DNA of 64,000 nucleotides, taken from contig DBHX01000055.1 in the NCBI GenBank assembly GCA_002296285.1, positions 297 through 64,296 on the forward strand, in the 5' to 3' direction. This DNA comes from a bacterium UBP8_UBA817 (lineage in GTDB: Bacteria; Margulisbacteria; Marinamargulisbacteria; UBA817). Both the position numbers and the translations under genes were made by a program. Positions 39,575 to 48,627 of this stretch are shown piece by piece (position 1 is the stretch's first letter; every line of letters starts with the position of its first letter). The notes under the pieces were generated by a model, which had not been told where the DNA came from, did not search any database, and was given only the letters and a program-made list of their open reading frames with translations.

Positions 39575-40270
39575 ACAAACCCTCAAATGGTGGAAAGTCA
39601 GTCGACCCCAAACATTGAACTGAGGGCAGCTAAGCCAACGATATTAGTTAATCCCGAAGATTGTGCTTCATCTACAGAAGATTGTTCTCCATTTACATCT
39701 GTGGGACATTCACAATTATAAATATCTAAGCTTAGGGGTGGTTCATATTTCCCCCCGCTTTCAACTTTATCTGTACAATTTTGCCATGGTCTAAAAAGCG
39801 CCTTACCTACAGCCAAATATGTGCTACAGTTCAAACCTGTAACACTTTGTTTATCCTTAGGAGGTATGGTGGGCTCCTCTACAATTTTAGAATAATAGGG
39901 GTTGTAATCTGGGGATCCTGTAGACCTAGTAAATTTACCCTTATTTCCTTCATCAACACACTCAGCCTTATCGTAAATTTGACGGGCTTTAATTACAAGT
40001 TCTGAGTTTTCATCACCATATTTGCATATATCTTCAATGCCTTCTCTAAGTCCTCTTATTCTTTCGCTTTGTATACTGATAATTAAGCCTGTTTGATTTA
40101 CCGGTGTTTGTGATTGAGCTGAAGAGGAAGCACCCAACCCTAATGCGACAACTCGACAAATATTTCTTATTCCAATCATAATTCTTAACCTCTATTTATT
40201 TTTATTTTACTTTACTAAAAATCATGAGAAAATTCAACGTCCAATTAACAACCCCTCAAATAGTGGAAAG
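39575..40270. repeat. 23-bp imperfect direct repeats (39575-39597 and 40248-40270) flanking the single secreted-protein gene.
   Basis: ACAAACCCTCAAATGGTGGAAAG versus ACAACCCCTCAAATAGTGGAAAG, matching at 21/23 positions. Confidence 0.55.
39598..40179 (-). CDS. Secreted Cys-rich hypothetical protein.
   Basis: A signal peptide (MIGIRNICRVVALGLGASSSAQS) and 8 Cys in 193 aa. It is flanked by 23-bp direct repeats. Confidence 0.5.
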   Translation of the reverse strand: MIGIRNICRVVALGLGASSSAQSQTPVNQTGLIISIQSERIRGLREGIEDICKYGDENSELVIKARQIYDKAECVDEGNKGKFTRSTGSPDYNPYYSKIVEEPTIPPKDKQSVTGLNCSTYLAVGKALFRPWQNCTDKVESGGKYEPPLSLDIYNCECPTDVNGEQSSVDEAQSSGLTNIVGLAALSSMFGVD

Positions 40271-40403
40271 AAAAAAGATTTGAAATGCCTCAACCGATGG
40301 AATGGAATTGATCAAAATATCATTCGGAGATAGGGAGGGGTCAAAGGCTTAGCATGTGACCCCATCATATCGAATCGCAACGATTTGAGGCTAAATTAGG
40401 GAT

Positions 40404-40448
40404 AATGGCACAGTGTGCAATAAAACAATAAATGGCACAGTGTGCCAA
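40404..40448. promoter_or_regulatory. Two copies of AATGGCACAGTGTGC, each containing the inverted repeat GGCACA-G-TGTGCC, spaced 27 bp apart.
   Basis: The copies sit at 40404-40420 and 40431-40448, just left of the iteron origin. Confidence 0.4.
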
Positions 40449-40525
40449 AGTCCTTTCGCATTTTCGGACATTGCTGGAAACTTCCTTTTTTCTTCCACCA
40501 TTTTTATTTTGACACAATCAATTAA

Positions 40526-40818
40526 TTGCCACCCTATTGCCAACATCTTGCCACCCCTTTGCCACACTATTACCACCCTTTTGCCACCCCTATATTTATA
40601 TAGAATTGCACTCAAATATATACATATTTCCCAATAATTGCCACAAATAATAGCAAGTTACTGGAATAATCACAAAAACCCAAACGAAACTGGCAAAAAA
40701 TCCAAAAGGGTGGCAACTTTGCCACTTTTAGCCTCAAAATTACGATTTTTTAAGGGTGGCAATTCGTGGCAATTAGCCTCAAACCACTGTGTCAATTTTG
40801 TGGCAATTTTAGTGGCAA
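40526..40818. other. Iteron-type replication-origin-like region. It has six phased 11-bp direct iterons, an AT-rich spacer, and inverted iterons.
   Basis: TTGCCACC-type motifs start at 40526, 40537, 40548, 40559, 40570 and 40581, with an exact 11-bp period. The AT-rich segment spans 40592-40705. The inverse motif (G)GTGGCAA occurs at 40708, 40754, 40765, 40800 and 40812, with a degenerate copy at 40788, also in ~11-bp phase. There is also a palindrome GTGGCAActTTGCCAC at 40710-40725. The region abuts the 3' end of the SF3 helicase gene. Confidence 0.6.
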
Positions 40819-40825
40819 TTAAGTT

Positions 40826-42256
40826 TTATGAGGATTTTTCCCCGATGCCCAAATAGTAGAAATGGCGTTCCCCGTTTATCATTAATCTTTCTTTCCTTAC
40901 CTTTTCTTTTCTGAGCTTACTCACAATTTCTTTTCCGATGGCGTTTATGTTTAACTCACCAGAAAGGTTATTTAACTCCATATATTCGGAATACAAGTCC
41001 TGTAACCTGTCCGATCGAATCTTCGCGTTTTCATTCACGATTAAATTGTTTTTGATAAAGTCTTGAATCGGGTCAATCACCTTTAAATAGGCATTTGTTG
41101 CCTTTTCAATGTCTTTGCTTGGTCTAAACCTGTAATTCCTGTCCTGGAGCCTTTTTAGGCCTTGTAGGGCAAAAAGAAAAACTTGCTTAAACTCTTTTTC
41201 GAGAATATCGTTAGCTAGATTAACATTTACCTCATCATTAGGAACTTGCCTCGTGAAAGGGATATTCAGAACACGTCTGGCGAAACCATGTGAGTTATCT
41301 GGCACTTCTGGGCAATGGTTGACTGCAAATATAAGTTTTGCGAATGGTTTATATGACACCAAGGGTTTCCCCTTAATATTTATCGTGATTCGATCACCAG
41401 CAACAATGGCCTTAAATACTCCAGTATTGGCATCTTCTTTGAATCTCATGCGTTTGCTTTCCGCACTGATTGAGGCTGTTTTACCGATCAAATCAGAATT
41501 ATAAAATTCCTTATTGAATGATTCAAAAGTTAGTGACGATGTGTTTTCTTTGCCCAACAAGCCAGTTAAAACATCGCATATAACGGACTTACCATCCTGA
41601 CCACTTCCCCAAAGAAAAAAGGCTTTTTGTGCCTTTGTGTGGCTTGTTAGACAGTATCCCATCATTTCTTGAATCAAGTCCAAGGTCTCTTGGGGTTCCT
41701 CGTAGTAGGCATTAAAAAAGGTATCTTCAAAGTATTTTTTGAGGATGGGTGCATTATCAAGTGGATTAAAATGAACGTCATTCACCTTGTCTAAATCATC
41801 GCCAGAAAGCGATATTTTAAACATATTCGTATTATATATTTTTGGGTTATGGGGAATTAGATTGAATGTTTTTGAGCCAATATCTAGAATACAGTTGTCC
41901 AGTATTAAATAATCCCTTTTATCGTTTATTTCACGTTCCATTTCAATTAGTGAGATTAATTCAAGGTGTGCTGAAATTTGTGATGCCTTACTTTGTGTTG
42001 CCTTTTGTCCATTGTCGATAGTCTCTAAAATCTTTAGGGCTTCACTTTTGATACGAGCCTTACTGTCTAGCTTCTTCCATATTTTGCCATCATACACATA
42101 AAAATCATCGGATGTTGGAACATAAAGAACATTGCCTAGCTTTTCTTTTAATGCTTCGGTTATTTCCTTGTCTGTTGATTTGGTATGGAGTTTAAACTTC
42201 TTTTTTTCTTCCATCACCTGTATTTCTGTTTCTTCGGCGTTGATTACGTTCTTCAT
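40826..42256 (-). CDS. Phage/plasmid primase-helicase, P4/D5 family C-terminal region (D5_N plus SF3 NTPase). No N-terminal primase domain is evident.
   Basis: Walker A is FLWGSGQDGKSV. Walker B and the arginine finger lie in ...KLIFAVNHCPEV...GFARRVLNIPFTRQV. The upstream D5_N-like segment reads DYLILDNCILDI...LIPHNPKIYNT. The overall match to the phage/plasmid-primase P4 C-terminal family is strong. Confidence 0.8.
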   Translation of the reverse strand: MKNVINAEETEIQVMEEKKKFKLHTKSTDKEITEALKEKLGNVLYVPTSDDFYVYDGKIWKKLDSKARIKSEALKILETIDNGQKATQSKASQISAHLELISLIEMEREINDKRDYLILDNCILDIGSKTFNLIPHNPKIYNTNMFKISLSGDDLDKVNDVHFNPLDNAPILKKYFEDTFFNAYYEEPQETLDLIQEMMGYCLTSHTKAQKAFFLWGSGQDGKSVICDVLTGLLGKENTSSLTFESFNKEFYNSDLIGKTASISAESKRMRFKEDANTGVFKAIVAGDRITINIKGKPLVSYKPFAKLIFAVNHCPEVPDNSHGFARRVLNIPFTRQVPNDEVNVNLANDILEKEFKQVFLFALQGLKRLQDRNYRFRPSKDIEKATNAYLKVIDPIQDFIKNNLIVNENAKIRSDRLQDLYSEYMELNNLSGELNINAIGKEIVSKLRKEKVRKERLMINGERHFYYLGIGEKSS

Positions 42257-42753
42257 ACCTTCGCCCCCATTGCTCTTTGGACAAGCGTTTTTACGTCACC
42301 TTTATACTTTAAAAAGTAATCGGTTAAATCTTCACCCTTGAGGCTACAAACATCACTCAGATCAATCATGGTGATGTAAATATCCCAAAACTCATCGCCA
42401 TTGAAATCAATAATGCTAAGGTTCATGCCGCTGCCAGCATCATCAAATTTATAGTGTCTGGCCTTATCAATAAATACCAAATGGTTTTTTTGGATGAAGA
42501 GCTCATCTTTTCCAAAATCATTGATAACAATAATGTCTTTAAGCCCATCATGATTAATGTCAATGATGGAACAAGCCAGTCCAACACCGGTTGATTCAAT
42601 GGTTGGTATTGAAATCATTTTAAAAGTGTTGTTGTCATTGATAATAAGTTTGTTCGGTGCGGCGTTTCTACCATTTATGGATGGTTGGTCCTTCATTATT
42701 TGTGTAACATAAATGTCCAAATCGCCATCATTATCAATATCATTGGTACACAT
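42253..42753 (-). pseudogene. FG-GAP/Ca-binding repeat protein, C-terminal portion. It is probably the 3' part of a single gene interrupted by a frameshift.
   Basis: D-x-D-x-DG motifs (DIDNDGDLDIYV, IDINHDGLKDIIV, IDFNGDEFWDIYI). Its start lies 15 nt downstream of the stop of the preceding ORF, in a frame offset by 1. Its stop overlaps the helicase start. Confidence 0.5.
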
Positions 42754-42767
42754 TGTAAATGCGTTTG

Positions 42768-44069
42768 TTAAAGGGATGTGTTGTTTTTTTTCAAAATTGA
42801 GTGGTGATATTTGTTCAATAAACGTGATTTTTTTGAGGATAGGGCAATTAAATCGAGACGATAATCTTGATTAAAATCAATCGCGTATACTGCGGATAGC
42901 CGTTTGTCTGATGGGTAAGTAAATACTGGGGCTGAAAATCCGTCGGGAGTATTGATGTGTATGGTGAGCTGGTTGTCTTGAGGGATAATCAGATCGACTC
43001 GTCCATCGTTATTTATATCGACACTGCTTAGGTCACTAAAGTACCCTTTATTGCTTTTTATTTTTTTATTAATCGGAGTTTCAATGATGTGATTAGTTTT
43101 AAAATATGGTTTCGGTTGAATATTATTTTTGATGGTCCAGTTAAATTCAATATCATTGATTTGATGAAACTTTTTTCCATAACTCTCATATTTTGTTAAA
43201 AGATCAAAGATTGATATGGACATCTCTTTTGCTAATGTAAAGTAAACAGCATAAAATTCAGAGATCCGTTCAGCCAATAATTCCAATGCAAAAGGGTCCA
43301 TAATGGCGGTTCTGTAATTGGTTTGAATTTCTTTAATGGTATCCCAGTGCATGATGGTATCTCGAATGCTATCCAATGTGTAGTGTCGTATGGTTATTAA
43401 TTTTAGATCGTCCTTTGGTTGTTTTAATTGCATGGCCACTTCCAAATCGCCATTGTTGAGCAACTTGAATGGTAATGTTTTGAGCAAATGATTAAATTCA
43501 TCTTCAAAGGTTACAATTTGGTAGGCAAAATCTGTTTTATTGATGTCTTCTTTGTTTATTTCTGAGAATTGATTCGTATCTATTCGCAATGAATCAATCG
43601 GGAATAGTAAAAAATTTAAGTTTTTAATGAAGTGTTGTTTTAGTAAATCAATTTCTTTTTGATTGACGGGTAGTTTAAATATTTTGGAGAGTAATTTTGC
43701 TTGATATTCGGATGTTAAGGGTTGTTGCCAAACGGTATCGTTGTATTTCATCAGTGCGTTGATTTTATTTTTTGTGATATTATTTGATATTTTTTTTAGC
43801 CAAAACAGGTATAAAAATGATGTTTTTTTATTGGGTGTATTTATTGGTTTTAAGTTCAATTCACGTCTGATTTCTTTGTAGGCAAATTGGATATCTTCTT
43901 TGGTAATTTTGGGATGATGATTGCGAATGGCTGATTCCTTTGCAAAGTGCAATAACTTTGTATTTAAATGCGTTGAAATTGAGACTAATTGGTGAATGTT
44001 TGAGACAGATAATTCCATTAAAATTGTTGTATCAATGTTTTCATTTCCCAAGTCAAATAGGATGGACAA
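42768..44069 (-). pseudogene. FG-GAP repeat protein, N-terminal portion (433 aa). An A8 tract lies in its last codons (plus-strand T8 at 42784-42791).
   Basis: VDINNDGRVDLII and IDFNQDYRLDLI motifs. The C-terminus ...ILKKNNTSL is encoded across the poly-A run. A 1-nt slip would fuse it to the downstream ORF. Confidence 0.5.
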
Positions 44070-44084
44070 TAAATATCGGAAATG

Positions 44085-44492
44085 TTAAGTTAAACGGTGA
44101 TAATGATATTGCTGATTTTCAATCAGTGTCATGGAGTCTGTTTGGTTTGTGATTGGGTTTAGCCAATGGGCATTTTCTTGACCAATGATATGCAATAGAT
44201 TTTCTGAAAATGATGCATCATTGCTGGATGCAGATTGCCAAATATTCCATAGCAATGTTTTCATTGCTTCAATTTTTAGGGTCATGGCAAAGTATGTTAA
44301 TGGAAGGCGTGCTTGGTGAAATTCCATCATTCGAACGGTTGACCAACAGGTGCAGTCTTTTTCTATTTCTTGTTTATGGATCATTGAGTTTAATGTTTTT
44401 GCTGTTAATATTAAGTGAGGTGTTAACAGTGTTTTATATCCAATGAGTGTTGTTGCACCGAGTATGAAAATTGTGAGAATTATTTTTCGCAT
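44085..44492 (-). CDS. Hypothetical secreted protein.
   Basis: A signal peptide (MRKIILTIFILGATTLIGY). The gene is AT-rich and 135 aa long. Confidence 0.4.
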   Translation of the reverse strand: MRKIILTIFILGATTLIGYKTLLTPHLILTAKTLNSMIHKQEIEKDCTCWSTVRMMEFHQARLPLTYFAMTLKIEAMKTLLWNIWQSASSNDASFSENLLHIIGQENAHWLNPITNQTDSMTLIENQQYHYHRLT

Positions 44493-44544
44493 GTCAATTT
44501 TTACATTCTTATATTGTTAAAAAAAAGTTAAGTGATCTCATTTT

Positions 44545-45417
44545 TTAGTTTAAATAGATGCTCTTTAAAAATGTATTTAGAATACTGGAGGATAAAAGAA
44601 AAATATAAAATAAGTAGAGAATGTAGATAAATTTTAATTTAATGTCCTCTTTTTTTATCAATACAAATCCCATGGTTAATAATGCGTAAGCAAATCCTCG
44701 AATGGGTAGAACAAAGTAAAGGCTGCCAAAGATTAATAAAAATGAATGTTGCCAAATGTATACTTTTTTTCTTTTTAAAAAGAATAACAATGCCAGTATT
44801 CCTTCAATAATGAGTGTGTACCAGGTGAGGAACTTGCTGATGGGATGTAAAATATAGGGGCCGGCATTTAGTATGACTGTTTTGGTTTCATAGGTGACTT
44901 TATTTATCAGGTATATATTTTCTGATATCACTTCTGAAAGGTTGTATTGAATGAGTGGCCCAATAAAATTAAACCGTTGATCAGTAATTAATTTGTAATA
45001 AAAGAAATCTCCGCTTAAAAAGTTGGGGTTTAATTTCTGAACGAATGCGTATGCCATGCAAAAAGCGATGAGGTATTTTGCGGATAATTTTAATGATTCA
45101 TGTTGATTGGTTGTGAAAAAGCTTGTGCAAATGGCCAATAGCCAATACCCCCAAAGGTAAATGTGATTATCGATGATTTGCCAATTTTGTATGACAAATA
45201 GAAAATAAAAAGTGGTGATCGAGATCCAGTAATATTTTGAATGTCGACTTCGTTCAAACAATATCCCAATGCTTCCCAATGTAAGTATTGGGAGATATAT
45301 TATGGGGTTGCTTTCAATAATCGATTCAAAATGAAGCACGATAAAAAATATGGAGAGTAAAATTGAGAATTTTTGTGGATGAATGACTCGCAATTGTTGG
45401 GTAATTTTTTGTATCAT
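44545..45417 (-). CDS. Polytopic integral membrane protein of unknown function.
   Basis: About 8 predicted TM helices in a 290-aa, AT-rich protein. Its start overlaps the upstream gene's stop. Confidence 0.5.
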   Translation of the reverse strand: MIQKITQQLRVIHPQKFSILLSIFFIVLHFESIIESNPIIYLPILTLGSIGILFERSRHSKYYWISITTFYFLFVIQNWQIIDNHIYLWGYWLLAICTSFFTTNQHESLKLSAKYLIAFCMAYAFVQKLNPNFLSGDFFYYKLITDQRFNFIGPLIQYNLSEVISENIYLINKVTYETKTVILNAGPYILHPISKFLTWYTLIIEGILALLFFLKRKKVYIWQHSFLLIFGSLYFVLPIRGFAYALLTMGFVLIKKEDIKLKFIYILYLFYIFLLSSSILNTFLKSIYLN

Positions 45418-45908
45418 TTTAAATAATTTATTTTTCGAATTAATTTGGGTTCTAATGTAAAGGATCGTTTATTAAAAGATAAGTCAAATACCTGAATTTC
45501 GACAGAATCAAATTTGGCGATGGTATCCTGTGCCCTTAGTTTGTTATTTTTTCCAATCATCGTAACACTTTTTTTTGGGGTATTGATATTTTGATAGATC
45601 CAAATTTTTTTCGTTAGTGTTTTTGTTAAGCTTTCGAGTGATAAATATTTGGGATAGTATTTAATTTTTTGAAACTCAACCATTTGATCTGGGCTTGGCA
45701 TCGCGCATTCAAATGCCCCTCGATTTAATAAGTGTATGTGAAAGAATCGGGTATTAATTCTAGAAAACATCCCAAATCCGCCGCCTTTCCAATGATCCAA
45801 GTGATCGACACTGGCAAGGTATATTTGACGAAGTGCGACCATATTTAATATCAGTATTGGTATAAAGGCTGGCCAAAATATTTGGAAAGTTTTAACTATT
45901 TTTTTCAT
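45414..45908 (-). CDS. Hypothetical protein with an N-terminal TM helix.
   Basis: A 164-aa protein whose gene overlaps both flanking genes by 4 nt and 17 nt. Confidence 0.4.
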   Translation of the reverse strand: MKKIVKTFQIFWPAFIPILILNMVALRQIYLASVDHLDHWKGGGFGMFSRINTRFFHIHLLNRGAFECAMPSPDQMVEFQKIKYYPKYLSLESLTKTLTKKIWIYQNINTPKKSVTMIGKNNKLRAQDTIAKFDSVEIQVFDLSFNKRSFTLEPKLIRKINYLK

Positions 45909-46641
45909 TTAAGATTAAATCTAAGTATGGTGACAATTTGCAGGTGATTGGCATAATATAATTGTGTTGATTTTTTTCTTTGCATTGTTGAATGATATCT
46001 TTTGCGATTTTGATATTATAATCCAATGATAGATTGAACTGTGGGGGAAATACAACATTATTTCTAGATGTCCAGTAATTGTATGATTTTTCAGTCAACA
46101 CCGGTGAAATTCCGATGAACCATTCGCATGGATTGCACTGATCTAATAATATATTCACTAAGTTCACATCAAACAAAGGTTGAGTAAACAGTCCTTTTGC
46201 ACCGGCAGCTAGTTTTTTTTGTGAATAGCTAAATTCTTCTTTAAAACTCTGACGATAGGGGTCATGACCGGCGTAAATGGATAGGTTGGTGTAGGCGGTA
46301 CTTAATTCTTTGATGACCGATATGATGTTATGTTTATATACGGGTTGCAATGGGTTGGGTGGGGGGTCCCCAGAAATGATCAATATGTTTTGAATGTTGG
46401 CCATAAGAAGGTTTTGACACAGTTGATGAAGTTCCTCCGTAGAAAAATCACAGATGCGAATATGTGGGATGCAGTTGATATTTTCTTTTGCCAAATATTC
46501 ACAAGCGGTATAACTGCGGTTATTGATTCGCAATATGTCAGGAACATTAATCCCATTGATTTGAGGGAAGGTATTCATTGCCCAATGGCTTTCATTTATT
46601 AGTTTGTTTATCTCTGTTGGGACGAGTTCTAAGAAAACCAT
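45892..46641 (-). CDS. Methylenetetrahydrofolate reductase-like (MetF family) protein.
   Basis: The segments LELVPTE..., ...CIPHIRICDFS... and ILIISGDPP resemble the MTHFR motifs (fEfFPP, HLTC, LRGDPP). The match is divergent. Confidence 0.45.
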   Translation of the reverse strand: MVFLELVPTEINKLINESHWAMNTFPQINGINVPDILRINNRSYTACEYLAKENINCIPHIRICDFSTEELHQLCQNLLMANIQNILIISGDPPPNPLQPVYKHNIISVIKELSTAYTNLSIYAGHDPYRQSFKEEFSYSQKKLAAGAKGLFTQPLFDVNLVNILLDQCNPCEWFIGISPVLTEKSYNYWTSRNNVVFPPQFNLSLDYNIKIAKDIIQQCKEKNQHNYIMPITCKLSPYLDLILNEKNS

Positions 46642-46704
46642 AGCCTTATTTTATCAAATAAGTGGGTCATGATTAACCTTTAATTTTTAAGGGGGGGATG
46701 GATT

Positions 46705-48615
46705 TTATAACGAGGAAAGTGATCGGTTTTTTAACGTTTCTTTTAATGTTGTTTTGATTTGATCCGGGTGCAGATTAATTTCTTTGTACAAGTCATTTAC
46801 TGGGCCATGGTCAATGAATCGATCAGGTATTGAAAAAGATATCCAATCTGACAGTGGTTTATTTAAATCACTAAATTCATTGAGCATGTAATTGTATACG
46901 CCACCAATTTTTGAGCCATCTTCAATTACGGCAATTGTTTTCGCGGATTGAATTAATGGTGTTAACGTATTTTTGTCTAATGGTTTAATGAAGCGTAAAT
47001 TAACCACTGAAATTGATGCGTTGCATTCGCTTGATATTTCATTGGCGATGGTCACTGATGGCCATACAAAATTGCCCGTTGCAATAATCAGGATATCGAT
47101 CTCTTCGCGTTTAGGTGGCACAATTACTTGGCATTTTCCATAGTGTATGTCAGATAGTTGCTGCCCATCTTCAATTGGAACTTCGCCTCTTGGGTATCGA
47201 ATGCTTACAATTTTGTCTTCTGTTGATGCCCATTTGAGCATTTGTTTTAATTCAGTGCCGTCTTTTGGCGCACAAATCACCATGTTTGGGATCAATAGTA
47301 AGTAGCTGTAGTCAAATACGCCATGATGGGTGGGGCCATCAGCACCAACCAATCCGGCGCGATCGATTGCGAAGATCATGGGAAGTTTTTGGAGGCAGAC
47401 GTCGTGAATGACTTGGTCAAATCCTCGTTGTAAAAATGTGGAGTATATTGCCAATACGGGTTTTATCCCACCTTTGGCCAACCCAGCGGCAAATGTAACC
47501 GCATGCTCTTCTGCAATGCCAACGTCATAATATCGATCTGGAAATTGTTGTTCATATTTAACCAATCCACTGCCTTCTCTCATGGCCGGAGTTATGACAT
47601 GGATATTGGGATTTTTCTCAGCAATTTGAATGATTTCATTTCCAAAACATTCGGTATAGGTTGGGCGTTTTACGGTTGTTTTGTCAGTGGCTGACTTTTG
47701 TGCCGATACGCCATGATATTTTACGGGATTTTTTTCTGCCACATCCATTCCTTTTCCTTTGGTGGTCATGATATGAAGCATAACGGGCCCATTATAATCT
47801 TTGGCATATTTTAATGATGCCATGACGGCGGTTAAATTGTGGCCATCAATGGGCCCCAAATATTTGAAACCAAATTCTTCAAATAATACCCCGGATGGAA
47901 TATCGAGTAAGCTGCTACGAAATCGTTTGACTGTTTTTTCAATGCGTCGTTTCATTGGGGTGCCAATTTTAGGTATTCGATCAAATATGCGTTGAAATTT
48001 GTCTTTCATTTCGTCGTAGACTTTGGTGGTTCGAATGTTGGTGATATAATTGGCCATTGCGCCAACTGGTGGAGAGATGGACATGTCATTATCATTTAAA
48101 ATGCAAATGAAATTCCCTTTTAATTCTTTGATATTATTCAATGCTTCGTATGCCATGCCTCCAGATAGCCCTCCATCTCCAAGAACGCAAACAACGGAGT
48201 GGTTTTCCTGTCTTGCATTTCTGGCTTGCGCAAGGCCAATGGCGGCACTTAAAGATGTCGAGGCATGTCCGGCACCAAAGGTGTCATGATCGCTTTCAGA
48301 AATTTTAGCAAAGCCAGATAATCCTTTATATTGTTTGATGGTGTACATTTGATTCAATCGTCCCGTGAGCATTTTATGCACATAGGTTTGATGGGAGGTG
48401 TCCCATAAAAATTTGTCCGTTGGGCTATTAAAAATGGTGTGCAATGCCAATGTTATTTCAACCACTCCCAAGTTGGATGCCAAGTGCCCGCCCACGGTAT
48501 TGGTGATGTCAATCAATCGTTCTCTAATTTCTTTTGTTAATTGATGCAATTCATCATAACTTAAATTTTTTAGATCATTTGGTAAGTTTAGAGAATCTAA
48601 TAATATATGAGCCAT
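46705..48615 (-). CDS. dxs: 1-deoxy-D-xylulose-5-phosphate synthase.
   Basis: A 636-aa protein whose N-terminus (LLDSLNLPNDLKNLSYDELHQLTKEIRERLI...GGHLASNLGVVEITLALH) and GDG thiamine-diphosphate motif (VCVLGDGGLSGGMAYEALNN) are typical of DXS. Confidence 0.95.
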   Translation of the reverse strand: MAHILLDSLNLPNDLKNLSYDELHQLTKEIRERLIDITNTVGGHLASNLGVVEITLALHTIFNSPTDKFLWDTSHQTYVHKMLTGRLNQMYTIKQYKGLSGFAKISESDHDTFGAGHASTSLSAAIGLAQARNARQENHSVVCVLGDGGLSGGMAYEALNNIKELKGNFICILNDNDMSISPPVGAMANYITNIRTTKVYDEMKDKFQRIFDRIPKIGTPMKRRIEKTVKRFRSSLLDIPSGVLFEEFGFKYLGPIDGHNLTAVMASLKYAKDYNGPVMLHIMTTKGKGMDVAEKNPVKYHGVSAQKSATDKTTVKRPTYTECFGNEIIQIAEKNPNIHVITPAMREGSGLVKYEQQFPDRYYDVGIAEEHAVTFAAGLAKGGIKPVLAIYSTFLQRGFDQVIHDVCLQKLPMIFAIDRAGLVGADGPTHHGVFDYSYLLLIPNMVICAPKDGTELKQMLKWASTEDKIVSIRYPRGEVPIEDGQQLSDIHYGKCQVIVPPKREEIDILIIATGNFVWPSVTIANEISSECNASISVVNLRFIKPLDKNTLTPLIQSAKTIAVIEDGSKIGGVYNYMLNEFSDLNKPLSDWISFSIPDRFIDHGPVNDLYKEINLHPDQIKTTLKETLKNRSLSSL

Positions 48616-48627
48616 GTGAGGATTATA

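Noticed and set aside
40526-40818. A CRISPR-like array, suggested by the regularly spaced short repeats.
   Set aside because: The period is 11 bp with motifs of only 7-9 bp and no spacers of 25-40 bp. Both orientations occur around an AT-rich core. This is iteron/origin architecture, not CRISPR.
40391-40856. Three small ORFs from the six-frame track (40391-40615 minus, 40413-40637 plus, 40638-40856 plus).
   Set aside because: They lie entirely within the iteron and AT-rich origin-like region. Their low-complexity translations are generated by the repeats, so they are most likely non-coding.
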